From: Raillietiella orientalis
Lineage: Eukaryota
Length of the DNA stretch: 64,000 nucleotides
Assembly: GCA_036172245.1 (NCBI GenBank)
Contig: JAYWIR010000032.1
Span: 2,170,001-2,234,000 of the forward strand
Direction of reading: 5' to 3'
The stretch's first letter is position 1, and the number at the start of each line of letters is the position of its first letter. The translations under genes and the position numbers were made by a program. Below the pieces are notes generated by a model. That model saw nothing but the letters and a program-made list of their open reading frames with translations, made no database searches and was not told the origin of the DNA. Shown here in pieces: positions 1-14,240 of this stretch.

Positions 1-1784
1 AATTTCAAGAGTTTGTTTTTGCAGCCATGTTTTTACGCAACTTGTTCTTACAAATACACTTACCTTTTTGAATTTGCTTAGAAAAATAAACAGTCAAATC
101 TTTCATGACACTTACTTGTAGTATTTTCTATATTTATTGAGCACAGTAAACTACAACTATGAATCCAAAATTCTGGATTGGATTTTAGGTAAACTATTGG
201 AAACCCTGCATTTTCTAATCAATTCTAGTCAAATTTAAAGATGGCAGTCTTTAGTGTGCTTCATGCAGCTAGGCTCTTGAAATTCTTGAATATCACTGAA
301 TTTATAGTAATTCCAGGATGCTTACCCTTTGAATTTTAAGTGTCCGCTAACTTCTTCTAACAGTAGATGTGAAAATTACATATCTACATGTGAAAATCAC
401 ACATATTCTTGGTCTTTTGTGCATGATCCAGGTTTGTACTGTCTTTTTTTACATCCAGGTTTGCTGATTTCATATCTTTTACAGATTATTTTAAAGTAAT
501 TTTATTTGGGGAGTTTTCATGGAGAGGAGCAATTAAGGCCGTTGCTAAGATTGGTCAAAGTAAAAAAGATGGGATGAAAAATTTTTAAAGGAATTTGACA
601 AAGTGCGGCAGCTCTTAAACTGACTACGGGAAGATGTTGAGGCTGCAGGCTCTTCTTAAAGCAATTCGTTATGTTCAACATGATTACTGGCTCTCATTTT
701 TTGCAGCATGTTCGTATCGAAATGACGATTTTGCAATAAAATATGTGAGTAACCATACGTTTGAAAGAAACTTTCCATCTGTATTACCACTCTGAAATTC
801 ACTAACTGTAACAAAGCCACTATGAGCATTTTAGGTGACTTACTGAAAATCTTGTCTATTTCACAGTAAACCTGGAAAAATTTAAAAATAGTAATTCATC
901 TCTGTACATATGAATCTGGTTTTATTCAGAGTAGATAAGTGATTGAAATTCGCCTATTTTCTCTGAATTAACGAATCGTAGTGGGCTCAAATTTAAGTGT
1001 TCGCGGACTTTTTTAGTATAACTAATAAGTTGTTGATATTCCCTCCCTTTTTAATTCCTAATCCACAGTTCGCCTGAAATAGTAAAAATATTATATTTAA
1101 ATTAGCTTTACTCAAGTTATATATTGTATATAATATATGACCTGTCAAGCTAAGGGGTAATACGCAGACAATAGGACACGTTGTGGGATCTATTAGCGAT
1201 GAGAATGTTACACCTGAGCTTCCTGGATCGGTAAATTTGCAGCAGCTGAATCCAGGATGGAAGCATCGTGACGAATGTCGGATTCTTGAAACTGACAGAA
1301 TAGATTTAGTTGATTGTCGGTCGTTTGTGAATGGAACACGTGACAGCGGAGTTTTGCGATCTTCGTCGGAGACATGAAGCTGAGAAGATTTCCGACACAC
1401 ATACAGAGCTGTCAGATCGAAGCAAAATGGATACGGATGTCAGGGCTTTGGATTTAGACGATAATGGTTACTATTATCCTTTTGATTCAAATTATCATTA
1501 CCTTCTCAGCCCAAAGGATTTGGCTTCAATCAACCTCTATCTTACATTAAATGAATATAAGAAGATTCTAATTGACTCATTTCGCAAAGAGTTGTCCCAT
1601 GTAGCAACGCAGAACGATAAGGACTACGTGGTTAAGCATGAAAATGCTACAAATAGTGCTTCGAACAGCAGAAATGCCGACTGCTACCACTTGAGATGAT
1701 GATGGAAATCCTTCTTTTATGTCTTCGCAACTCTTTTGCACTGTTCCACGGCACTTGAGGGTGCGTGTGATTTTTCAAGATAGG

Positions 1785-2262
1785 AGATACCCCGAGATAG
1801 GACCGCCCTATGAATCCAGGAAGGGCTTGGAGTCCGTTCCTCTCACTCCTGGGAAAGAATCCCCGAAAATGGAGATCACTTGCACCCTGGTTGTCTCCGA
1901 AGGAGAACTCCCGAAGGGAATCTTCTTCCTTATTCTCTCCGAAGGGACTCCTGAGGGAGTCTGCTCCGGAAACGATCCACTGTCAGGAATTTCTACTCCG
2001 GAGGAGTCTGCATGGAAACCGCTCCTTGTTTCTTCTTCTTCTGAAGATAACCTCGAATGGGCGCTTCCTCATTTTTCTCATAAGAACGCTGCTTTCTCAA
2101 AGGGATCGACTTGCTTCTCTGCACTCTCTGGAAAGGTGATGGCGACACACCCATCCAATCAGTAAGACGCGGAGAGTCCCCCCGGAATGGGGGTCTGCTC
2201 CTTTACAACCGGAGGGGAACTCCCATTCCTTAATTCCTAAAAGGAGCCGAAGGTCGACTCCC
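1785..2262 (+). repeat. Dispersed repeat family A, copy 1 (probable retroelement gag-like region)
   Basis: Shares ccgccctatgaatccaggaagggct..tccgttcctctcac with 17110-17190. Homologous in reverse orientation to 38170-38630 (shared peptides IFFLILS.GT and DPLSGIS; gtcgactcccat end). Confidence 0.75.
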
Positions 2263-2749
2263 ATTGTCCCTGTTCTCATCGGAAGCAACCGGTTTCTGCG
2301 ACTACCAGTACTGCACCCGGATGGATAGAAGCCAACCAGCGTCATCTTGCGGGAGGAACTCGAACCGACGACGCACTGCGTCGATTCATTCATTTCGGCG
2401 ATGCTTGTTGGTGCCACGCGCGTAGACCGTAACCACACGGCTTCTGACGTAAACGGGTCTTCGCTAGGAATAACGAGCAGCTCGCCCCAGCGTTGTAGCC
2501 CTCGTGGAAGGGCACTTTGGAAGGTCGCTCCATCCGCCATCTGCCCCGTGGTATCCAACCACTTGTTGTCTTCCTCCTGCTTGCGATCACGCAGGATGTT
2601 CCCACCTCGGTAGCTGATGACTGTCAATTGTCTTCCTCAGGGAACATCACTGCAGCAAAGGGGGTCATTTCTACCAACTCGCTGGGACTCATTAGGATAG
2701 GTCTTTTGCAGAAAGTGGCGAGCGGTGGGCGTACATGCCAAGACGCAAG

Positions 2750-3400
2750 CAGCTCCACACTGACGCTGAGCTGGGCTCATGCAACTTCGTTCACGTGCCA
2801 ACAGTTTCTTCTAAGCAGGCGCTAGAGTCGGCGAGGTAACAGATCATCCAGAGGTTTTCCTTCGCCGAAGTTACCATGCGTGCCAAGAGAAGATCGCAGC
2901 TACTCACTTTTCGGCCGGAGCACAAAATGGTAAGACGGAAATCCTTCTGCTCCGGGACACTGGGCTGGCGATCCAGGAGCTCCACTAGAAGTTCCTTGTC
3001 GGCGCGATCGAAAGCCTTGTGCAAGTGGACTGCGACCTCGAGAGCTCTCATTTCCTTCCGAGCTTCCCGTCTGAAACCGATGGAAGACCCGGACTTCGGA
3101 CGGCCGATCGCCCTTCCCTTGCTGGAACTCGAACCATTCGCTGCTGAACAGCAGGAATCGTTTCCATGCTTCATCCGGAAGCAGAGTACTGTATCTCTGT
3201 TCCGGCCCTACGACGAATTCTGCCACCCGGCCTGAAAGCTCAGCCCAATGTCTTGCTAGCAGCTTGGCGTCCGCGGTGATCAGATGCCAGTTGCTGATCT
3301 TCCTAAAGTCTCTTCCTTTCCGAAGGAAACGCACTTTTGCTGATCGGAATAAGGCGGGTACATCGCCAGTCTACCGAATCAGCAAGACTACGCTCTGCAA
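2750..3400 (-). mobile_element. Degenerate L1/Tx1-like LINE reverse-transcriptase fragment
   Basis: Frameshifted minus-strand pieces read FLRKGRDFRKISNWHLITADAKLLARHWAELSGRVAEFVVGPEQ (compare PK..D....NWRPISLLN.D.K.LA..LA.RL..V....Q) and EVAVHLHKAFDRADKELL (compare xDxxKAFD motif). Confidence 0.75.
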
Positions 3401-6400
3401 CAAGGTGCTTGCTCAGCCGCGAAGCATTAATAAACGGGCAGGCCGACCTCCCCTCGTGCTTTTCGCCTCTTGAGCTTCCCGATGGTGGTGGTTACTCATC
3501 AATCGTGAAGGGCTCGTTGAGGCTTTTCCTCTTTTCCTCCCCTTATCGCCGGAGCACCATACGGCAGCAAAAGCCGTTGGAAATCCTGGTCCGGCGGTGC
3601 TCTCGCGTAAAGTGAGGAATGAACACCCCTCACGAGGCGTGTGACCAATTCGAGTGGGTGCAGCTATTCGTCCTGCACAGAAAACAAAGACTTTAGCCAC
3701 AGAAAAAAATGATTTAGGCGACCGTGTGCCGGGTCAGAACTCTTTCAGGGGTATCTTAGCAAGTGAAGCAGATTTCAAAATGGCGATTTTCTTCCCCCTT
3801 TCTCTGGGCATTCACTAGGCTATTCCTCCGAAAGCTTTTCAGTTCCTGAACACCTGCTCCGCTAGTTGGCGTTCTAGAAACATCGCCTTCTTTCCCAGGA
3901 ACACCACAATCTCTCATCGTTTCGGCACCAAGTTTTCGGGGCAAAAAGGGTGAAGTCGATGTTTGCCAAGTTTCGTCTGGAGAGGCCATTGCATCAGTTA
4001 TTTCTTTCGGACCAACGAGTTTGCCACCCTCTCTGAAAGCCCACTACGTTGCTGTCCTTTGAAAAAGGTATGTTATGAAAGCTTCCTCACGTGATGGTGA
4101 AATCTTCATAAAAGAAAGATTTGGATTTGAGGCGGTTCGCAGAAACCACCAACTTTCGCAGTGGAGAGGGAACAGTGCTTCTTCATTTTCTGCAGGTTGA
4201 TTCAATTCCATCCATCTGATAGCTTCCTCAGCGCTTGCTTTCGATTGCAACGGACCTTCGTGACTTCATGGATCTGTATATGTGCATGTGTGTTTCGTCT
4301 GCTCAACGCGTGTCCTGAGCCATGTGTGCCCGCGAGCAGTCATGAGGACCGTGCACTCTTTGTGGAAAGCAGCGCGGGTGGCTCGTGGATTCCCTTCACA
4401 CTTCCTGTGGGTGAGCATCAAACGGTGACTCCGAGGATGGCAGATTACCGAGAATCTGAGGCTCCCTTACAGAGTTCTAAAGGAACCAAGGAGTGCGGTT
4501 CGGCTATTCATGGCACTTTAATGCACACTTCCGGGATGTTTCGTGCCGAAAGTCGTGCCCTCCCTCGAGAGCGGGCATCCATTCGCACAGTGCGAACGAT
4601 CTTCGGGCACTCCCCTCTTCGGAAGAGCTATCGACACGACGAATTGTGGATATAAGCAGCGATGGGCATTGATCGCCTACAGCTTATAGGAACAAATTCT
4701 CACACAGGGAGACAACCTCATCATGCAGATGAACCTGGAGGACCCAAACTTTGAAAGAAGCGCACTGAGAGCCTTTATGGTGGGAGAAAAGAAGCAAACT
4801 CAGTATGAGATGCAGATTTTTCGCAAAGCCGGGCTCGATGTTTTGATTCTTCTGTTTTAGAGAAGACCAGACGCAAGCGTGCTGCCAATTTCCAAGGCGA
4901 TCGAGAAGCAAAAAATTAGCATGCGGGATATCTGGAGGAAGCAGAGAGAATTCATAAGAAAGAATCCATCCTCCTTTATTCAGACTGTCTCTTTGATATC
5001 TGCCTTGTAAGCAGACCCAGTGTTCTTGAAGCACCCGTGCTCAAGAATTCGAAAGTCACTGATCCTACTTGGAAGAGCAGCGGGATCCGAGACAGAAAGT
5101 GAAAATGCCAGAGCTTCCTAAAAATGCAGCCATCTACTAAGGAAGATTGCGCGCAGCCATCAAGGAGCGAAAGTCCTGACCCTGTTCTGAGGCAAAGGGT
5201 GTTCGCAGCTTGGTTTCCTTGGGAAAGAAGCAGTCCCTCCTGATGAAAAAAGAGGAAAAGTCCATTGCCCACCATCATTGTGCAAGTCTTAAAAGGCGGG
5301 AGAGGTGGGCATCGAGGAACCTCAAGAGATGATTGAGTCCTAAAAGAGAAGGTACATGAAGGAACTACTGTAAGCAATTGGAAAATCCTGATGGTAGACG
5401 CTAGAGTCCGGCTCAATTGAGTAAGGAGGTGCATAGCTGGAAAAAAAAACGAAAGTTATACTTAAACTCAGAGGCGAGTTGTAAGAGAGGAGAAAAAGCA
5501 GTCAAAGATTCGGAAACTGGATATATATATCTCCTCTTAGAAGGAAAATAAAAATAAAGAGACTCATGGGAATTCATGGCGAATAATTAGAGCGATATCA
5601 GAGCAGTGGATGCAGTCCTGTGAGGAAAGATCCATCCACTGTCGGTCGCACATGGCCGATGACTGAACATTACACGGTACCGAAATGATTCCCGGGACGC
5701 TATCAGCGGATGAAAACCCAGAGAACTTCGTTCCCGGCTATTTCTAAAGTCTGTATGTTCCACGTTTGAAGTTGTAAAAAGATTCTCAGACGTACTTCGG
5801 TCTGTCATCGTCTACACAGAAGATCTGTATAGCAGTTCTGGCGTGTGGTCTGACTCTCTCGATCTCTTAACTTGTATTCATCGGTTTCGTATGGAATCTC
5901 GGACCTCCTTCTGTTGATTCCTCCGCGTGAATGTTGCTCCCCACTGTCTGATTGGCAGGATTTGTCATCATGCAACCCAGCTTAAGATGGTTGGAGCCGA
6001 TAAGATGTCCACAGGAGCCACGCAACGATGCTTGCTTTCTCTTCTCGCTTCTAGCACCCTGCCATCGAAATCAGCTCCCTCCTTCTTTAGTGATAGCTAC
6101 AGTCTTGCGGCTTCGTCCGGTAAAGCTCTTTTCCTGTACGCTATTCACTTTAGCTCTAGGCGGCATCGCGTGTTCGAGTCATCCCAGGTCTCTGGAGTCC
6201 TTCAACATCTTAAGAATTTACGTAGAGAAACCATGGGACTTATGGACCGCAGACACGATGAGCTCCTCGAGATAGGTGTTTCGATACCTTTGGTGTAGTT
6301 TTCTGAGAGATGAAAAAGATTACTCTTTTTTGTCATCCTCTTAGTCAAAGAGGCAGGTACTAGAGACCTCTAGCTCCACAGGAAAAAAAGTGGTTCTATC

Positions 6401-9400
6401 TTTCAAATGAACGGATGAGGGATTAAAGGCAAGAAAGAAAAATAAAGGATTCAGCGTACACTGATCAACCGTGGACTGCAAGAGGCCTTCTCAGGGGATT
6501 TTGAAACACTGATCTCCAAAATTCATGCTTTGTTTGATACCTCCGCAGTTCCAACATAGCATCTTCGAAAATGCTACTTTTAATGTGATTCCCTCTGAAT
6601 TGTAGGACTCGATAATGAGCTTTTGAAGTCTCAAGCATTGCTTGAGATTCAGCAGGTCACTTGCGATTTATTATTTTGTGCTTCTTCTTTGAAGACTGAC
6701 TCGCTCTCGCACTTTCCAGATTTTTGGAGGTCCCACGCGAGTCCAGTTACCTCCTTCTTATCCTTCTCATTGCTATCATTAACGCTTTTGGATGCTGCTG
6801 CTGCTTTTGGCGTGAGGATTATAGTAATGATCATTTAATGACTAAATAAGGTTCCAATAGTTCTGCATCATCGCGTGTAGCATGGAAGGGAAATCTCCAA
6901 ACAAGGAACATCCGATGTGGACGACACAACTCAAGGTGCCGTGGTTTCGCTAAAACTGACCTTCTTCGCCCAAATAACCACGGATTATTCCAGGAATCTC
7001 TTCAGCCACTGCATCAAAATAGTTGACTCCCCGAAGGATAGCGTGGACGCGCTCTTCACAGGCTGCATGCACGTTCGTGAGTTTTCTAATACTCGAGGAA
7101 GAGCAGAGGAATCTCAGAGAGGAGTCCCAGATTTCCATCCAACAGGCAACACGTGCGATAGCAGCTCCACGTTCTTGTAAATGGCAGGCTCTAGAAGTTC
7201 TCCTACTCGACGATCTCCGTGGGCGGAGCGATAAAGCGAGCAGCTCTTTAGCGAACCCGAGTCAGGAAGAGCAAGGCTCCACACGGTTCGCCACCATCAG
7301 CACAGGTGACAGAACTGAGGGGGGCAAATTCTGTACGGTTTTCCAGCTCTGCTAGGACCTTAGTAGATTCTCTTTCGCAGCGCATCCTGCAGAGTCCAGC
7401 AGAGGAGTCGCATCTAAAGCGAACGAAATAGTTGAGCTTTGTCTCGAATTTCCAAGGTTCCCGATCCTGCCTTTGGATTTTCGTGGGAACAAATGGGAAG
7501 CGACCACATTCGTTTTGGATCCTCGGAAGGCCATCTTCAGAACTTCCGTAGTCAAAGTCAAGGGAACCGATTGCAGTGTTTCCATGCAACTCATTCTCTC
7601 CAATACAGGACCCAGCTCCACAGAAGGGATGACCAAGGCAACTCGATTAGATAGTTGTCGGTAAGGGAATTGTTCCTTCAGAACTCCACGAAGGGACTGC
7701 ACCTCGACAGGAGAAGGCTCATTAAAAGGTCACGAAGAGAGTGGCTGCCATTACGTTCTTACTTTCCTCTTGCTGCTTCCCTGTTCCCACTCCAGTAAGA
7801 ATGCAGTTTTCTTCAGTCGGGCTTTCGGAGTTTCCTGCTGGAACCAACAGCTGTTCCGGCTGATCTTTAATTGAAGCATCCTCACCTCATTAATGGACGT
7901 ACAGTACGATGCGTGTCATGAATTTCCCAACATTCCAATGGAAAATTACGTTGGTCATCTCATCTCGTGAACGAAGAGCGAAGGATATTAAGCAAAGGCG
8001 ACTCTTCTTCAGGATTCCTCCATTTTGAACAATCCTCTTGAATAGAATAAAGGCTTTTCATTGGTAGCAATTCGTTTGTCGTAGAAACTCCAAACTTATT
8101 CTGGGAGCTTAATTTCTCTCCGCCGAGGCATTTTTCATTTTTATTTCTTTCTGCCTACTTTGAAAACTCCCAGACGCATATCAAGTTTGATTCTTCCTGT
8201 TGCAAAGAAGATGAGCATGTGTCAACAGAGAAACAAAGCATGGCACACATCGAGTATGACAAGAAACAACAAGATTTCCCGCGGCTGATCTTGGATGCTG
8301 GAAAGGTTTCGATAGAAACTTGTATTTCGCAGACGCCGCAATGGCTGCTGACACTTTAGGGTTCATTGCTTCAGAGGTTAAAGTAGTCAAAAACGCATGC
8401 AAATTTGCACCGGAATGACGACCTCCGAGAAATGATCCCAAAATGACTGTCTCCGAGAAATGATCCGAGTGCATGAATCTCGGATGGCACCTGCTTGCAA
8501 TGTGCATTCGCATGTCAAGGGTGGACCCACCGTTGGAACGCGCGCTCAGCACGTGCTACCCATCAGTAAGGAGTTCCTCGTTATGACGAAAACAAAGGTG
8601 CTGCATTTTGTCCAGAAGCTGGACGAATGAACTTTCCCTTCTGCCCACTATGAACATTTGGTGACGTTCTGTGGAGTTCACCGCGTTTCTGAATTTCCCA
8701 CTTGGAAGACTGAACTCCAAACGAACTGACCTATTGTAACCCACGGTCGGTGTAGATTGATAGGTCGGGTCTTCAGTATTCTTCTTTAAAAGGAAGTGCC
8801 GATGCGTCTCTTTTCGTTCTGTGCAAAATCACATATAGAAACGAATGAAGGGCAACAGCTGCTCCTAAAGAATTTCTATTCACGCTTTAGTCATGTAGGA
8901 GGTATGTTTGATTGAAGATGCAACCATTGAAGACGGGGATTCTTCTTCATGTGTCGGTCATCCTATCTACCCAGCCCTCTGGACAAGGCCCAATGAATTG
9001 CTTATGGCATCAGGTGGTCTAAGTATTTACAAATCCAGTATGTGATTTGTAAACACTGGATGTTTTGAACACTCTTTTTCTCTTCTCGGATGCTCTGTTT
9101 GGCTCTGAGGGATTTTCGGTGCATCAGCACCGCGCTGTTCTTTGGCTCTTAGGAATTCCTCGGGATCCCGAGTATCTGATCCCAAAGAGACAGGATTAGT
9201 GAAGTTGCTAGCTTTGCGCGTTTACTTCCCTATCCCTGTCTTGCACCGTCCAGATCTCTCGCTGGCAGCTCTCAAAAGATCAGGGCACATCGAGTGCAAT
9301 CACTCTCTGCGAGACCCGGAACAGCGAGTCGAGTCGACCTCAGGTGTTGTCGAATTGAAAGCCACCAACCGATAGTGTTATTCAGCAGCTCTTTATGGAT

Positions 9401-9599
9401 TGGTCTAGTAGGTCTTCACTATAAAGAAGAGACTCAACTACCTCGCAAGAATCAGTTGATGTGTATTTGTCAATAATCAAATGAGTTGCTCAGTTGCTGT
9501 CGATGGGTACAGAAAACAGTCTCTGGTGTGATTGTCACGAATAGGGAACGATGGAGACGACTCTGTATGGAACCAAATTGATACGCTCACCTGATTATA

Positions 9600-11400
9600 G
9601 CTCCATGGACTCCTATTTTCCGAGAGACACAACATGCGTCACTGGACCTCGGTTCGAAAGAAGACGATCTGAATGCTGACAACCGCGCCCATTAGAATCA
9701 AGACATGCAAATTATGCACTTGGATTACCTTAATCACACCATGCGGAAGGATCAGATAAACACAATTGATACAGGATGCACACCACGGCCACTGAAAATG
9801 ATGGAGATTCATAGATGGAGGAAATGAAAGGACGGAGACAAAATTGCCGCCCATAGCGGTGGCTGGTTCCATAGAAAGAACACGGATGGCGCTGAAACGA
9901 AAACCTGCTATAAAAGACTTCTTACCTCAGTTAGATGTAGATGGAGGAATTGAATTCCGAGAGTTGAGTAGCTCGAAAGACGTAGGATGGGGAAACCACG
10001 AAATGCCTTGTCTAAACCAACAGAAAAAGTTCCCACTACTTCTTGGAATTAAAACTACCAAGGATTATGCCAAGAAGGAAGCAAAGTACCAAGATTATAC
10101 CGCGTCAGCCCTCGAAGGGAAATCCTTGAGGTAATGGACACTCATTGAAGGATCTTCCTTGAGGCGGTAAAAAAGATCTTTATTCACATTTTCGAGGCAT
10201 TCATAAAGGGTTTATAGATCCCTTGATGCCAGAAAAGATCGAGGTAGCGTTGCCTCTCGATTAACGCCGCGCCATTCAAGACAGGCATGTCGTGGGGATA
10301 TGAAACAAAGGAAGAAACTCGTCTTTAGGATCCGATTGATCCTCCTAAGGTTGATTCGAGCAGGTGGATTGGTCTAGGAGGCAGCAGTGTTGATATGCTT
10401 CCATAGAATGCCTCAAAATTAGAAGGCACACTGGAAGCATCCTCGGCAATGCTACTTCTCAAATCATCCTCGGCATCGGAGAGAATCACCGAGTGAAAAT
10501 CAATGTCCTTTGTCGATTGCATTCACTGCCTCCATCGAAATGCTCGTTAGAAGACTCAGGGAATGGCACGCTGGTAACCAGGTCACCTGAACGAAGCTAA
10601 AGGATTTCCTTGACATGAATCCTGAAACGTAACTTCATTCAGCATACTAATTCGACGACCTTAGAAGATCCTCATAGGACTTCTGTATTGTATCCTCAGT
10701 TCTAGAGAGTGTATTTTGAAAAGAACTGTTGCAAGGGACCCTGAAAGAAAATAGAGTGGAAGAATATTCGAAAACAGAGTCACGGACCTGCATAGGGGTG
10801 CAGGTCAGGTGGAAAACACTAGGGACATCAAGGTTCATCGAGGAGTGAAGCAGTGACTCGGCCTTAGCTCCCAGCTACTTACCCGTTGCCAAGGGAACCC
10901 CTTTCACGGAACATAGGAGAGTCATTTGAAGGAAACTTTATTCTGGCCATGCGCAAGCCATCTAATGTTGATGGCATAACTGAAGATTGGCTTTGAGAGC
11001 ACCTCAGTAGGCTCCATGACCTAGGGCAAGAAGGTGGACATTGGTGCTCCTTTGCTAGAAGCGGCACTTTGAAGCTACAGACCCAGAAGTGTATAGAACC
11101 CTGCTGTGAGGATAGGGGTAGAAGGGATTCTCCTTATTGGGTTCTAGCGAAACGGACGAATACCTGCATACCCGAAACTGCATGAGCCATGCAGTTTCGG
11201 GTTGTTCCCATCGGAGCAAATCGAACAACGAAAGAGGTCGCCATGAAGAATCGCGGATTGCCCCCATTGCACTGCTTGGATTCCATAAGAACCCTTCTTG
11301 ACCTTCTTGGCCCAGTGCACAACGAGGTCTGATAACACTTAAGAAGATAGGATGTACGTTGGTCAATAGAAGGCAGAGAAATGCATCAGGACCTCAAAAA
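9600..11400 (-). mobile_element. Highly degenerate L1/Tx1-like ORF2 (endonuclease end, linker, RT remnants)
   Basis: Minus-strand remnants in the expected order: APE C-terminus-like PIFLS(D)..GFLWNPS (~11280-11360), linker QVRDSVFEYSSTLFS...EDLLRSS (~10650-10800), SVGLDKAF (~10000-10025), VLSMEP (~9865-9880). Many stops and frameshifts. ORF1 and a 5' region may extend to ~13650, but this is unverified. Confidence 0.5.
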
Positions 11401-14154
11401 GGGAGACACAAAGAGACTCACGCGCTGATAAATCAGCAAGATGTCGCTACCTGGCCAAACCTATAGCTCGGCTGCTGATAGTTGCTTTAAACTGAGTATC
11501 TCTTCGTTTTCCGCAGTAAAGAATCTTCCTTAGGGAACGTTGCTCTCGATGTTGGAGAAGGAATGGTTGCAGATACCACTGAATAAGTATTCAGGGACTG
11601 ATCCTGATGTGCCCTGCCTCTCTCTAGGCAGTTATCACTTCGTCGTCGGCCGGATCCTGTAATCCCGAAGACCTGACAAAGATCGCTAGAGCTGACAAAA
11701 AGCGTTTTTATGATTATCTGGAACCATCTGCAACGTTCACGCGCTTCCTATGTGCTCGCAACCAAAGGAGAGTGTGAAAGATCGATGGCGAAGAGAGATC
11801 TGAAGAGTAAGCATTATGAAGATCGCTGCCATAGGAAGTCATCAGAAAACAGGAACCGGAAGGGGAGATGGAAAAAAGTGACTTTGAGTCAGGAAGGGAA
11901 TAAAAAAAGAAAGGCATAGATTGTGGTCTTCAGCACAAAACGAAAAGCTCTGGATCATCATGAAGACAGGATCCTCGGATGCAATGCAGGGCATCATTAC
12001 GAGACCTTTAATCGTAACACGAGAAATGCAGGTTCTGCAGCTTCTGAGTTCGCATTTCCGCGGTGAGGTGCACCTAGAGAAATTACAAGAATGCCTATGT
12101 GCACTTTTCGAGGTTTCATCCAGGAATTTCGAACATCGTGTCAGACTCAACCGATGGAGTTCGCTCAGGGGACGGGAAGAGAGTGAACGGGTGCCCAGTG
12201 AGTGACAACTTTAAGGTCTTCGGGATCGGATGCTGGAATCGATCCAAAACCGACTGAGTAGATGAAAACCGTGAATGTCGCTCGTGAGCATGGAGGAGGC
12301 ACCAGGGAGACCACACACACATAAGTTATTAGTATCTGCAGCTGTTGCTTAATAGTAGCTGATGGCATTCACTTCTGCCATACAAATAGGAAGTGCTCCA
12401 GAAGAGTTCAACGCATCTTCCATGAGTGGACCTCTTTACTGACTGCGGGTAATTTCCTGATGTACGGAACAAAAGATTCAGTGTGTCATTCGGTCCATGT
12501 CGATACATGCACTCGTGATTTCTTGACTTCTTGTTTGCTTTCTTTTTTGTCCGAACACCGTTCCAAACTTCCTCATCGCCAGAAGACCTGAAGGAAATAG
12601 AAAGCGCAACTGGAAGAACATCAGAAGACTCGGGACTCTGAGCCGAATACTTCCATGGGATACTTGGGATTCCTCAGGGCGAGAACACCACCTCCACAAA
12701 GATGCTGTGAGAAAGAGGAAGAAGCTCCCCAGAGAGCAATCTGCTTTTTTTTTGCAGCTGCTACGAAACGTTCAACTCGTATTGAAGGGAAATTTATGGA
12801 AATGATGAAAATCCCTTCCTGTGTGCTGTGCCCTAATTCCTCATCCACATTCCTCTTCCGTATTCTTTCATTGCAGGCACTGACCATAGCTGGCCAGCTT
12901 GTCTTGGAAAGGTGTTCTTGATGGTTCTTAGTGCACCGCTTTTGCGGTCTGTGCGCAAGACGCAAAGATGCATTCCGACGCGGTTCGAATTCCATTTCTA
13001 CCCGCGTCAGCCAGCATCTAGGGTCAAAGACACATTCAGACTCTTTACGTGAAGTTGTGCTGACTTCACTCCTATTCCTTTCCTGTGGGTTTACCCTATC
13101 TAAAGTACTATTGATTTATGATCGCACCTATGAGGATGTGTTCTTCCTTTCATTCGCTTTCAATTTTCGTGATTTTTCGAAGCTGCATTGCCAGACGTTT
13201 TACTTAGAGAACTTTCTTTGTTGCTATTCCAACTGTCATCGAGCACAGTTGTCCGTTTCTCGAACTACTTTTGAATTTTCGAGGGGACGTTTCCAAAGGT
13301 GAACTCGCTGTTCATTCATGCAGGAATTCTGCAATTCTTTTTTCTTCCTCTCTCCCCTGCTAATCCTATGGAAACTTTCCGGCCAACCATCCTCCTCTTT
13401 CTCCTCCAGCGGCTGACTGTTTAGGTCCAGGGGGCTGGTCCTACTCTGCCTGGCGCACCCCCGCGCTCGTCGGTGCTCTCGGGCTGAGAAACGAAATTCT
13501 CTCTGCCTTCGAAAAAATCACAGAGGTCCCTGCGATTCCGGGGGTTGCCACCCGGGTTCGCCCGGGGCGTTTATTAAAACTCTACCAGAAACGTGGTACC
13601 AGCGATTCCGGGAGAAGGAGGGCGAAAGGAGGAGGAATATCTCTTAGCGTGGTGTCCTGCAAATTGCAGTATCAGTGTTCATCATCTTCCAGTTCAAGCT
13701 TTTGGTTCCTATTTTACCTATTCACTTGTTTTGTATCCATTTTGAAGTATTCCAAGTATACCCAACGCTGCGATGCGTAAATTCGTTGCGAGGGCTCCAT
13801 TTGCGACTCCACTCCTTCCACGTTCTACGGAGCGATCTCTTGACGTTAGGAAGTTGGGTGTTCTCTCGAGCTCGAGAGAACACCGAACGAATCAGACAAA
13901 TCACACGAAGCAGACGGGCCGATCAGAGAATGAATGGCTGCTGAGCAGTACAGAAAAGGCTTGAAGCTTTGGTAGTCACACTTAAGCTCAGGCTCTGGTT
14001 GACTTTCGTGCAGGCGTCGGACAAGAGCGCATAGGCTGCCGTTTCTAGCTCGATATCCACAGTGATCGTGGGCATTTTGTTTTTTTTGACTAGCCTCACG
14101 AACGTTGTTGAGTGACCTTACACCAGCTAGCCCATTTATTTACGGGCTTCTCGG

Positions 14155-14240
14155 GCGACTCGAGAGTAATGAATCGACCCACTCGAGAGTAGTTGACCCC
14201 ACCTAACCTACCTAACCAATTTAACCTGACCTGACCTGGA
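14155..14240 (+). repeat. Short tandem duplication (actcgagagta..gaccc x2) plus degenerate (AACCT)n/(GACCT)n microsatellite
   Basis: actcgagagtaatgaatcgacccactcgagagtagttgacccc followed by acctaacctacctaaccaatttaacctgacctgacctgg. Confidence 0.6.
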
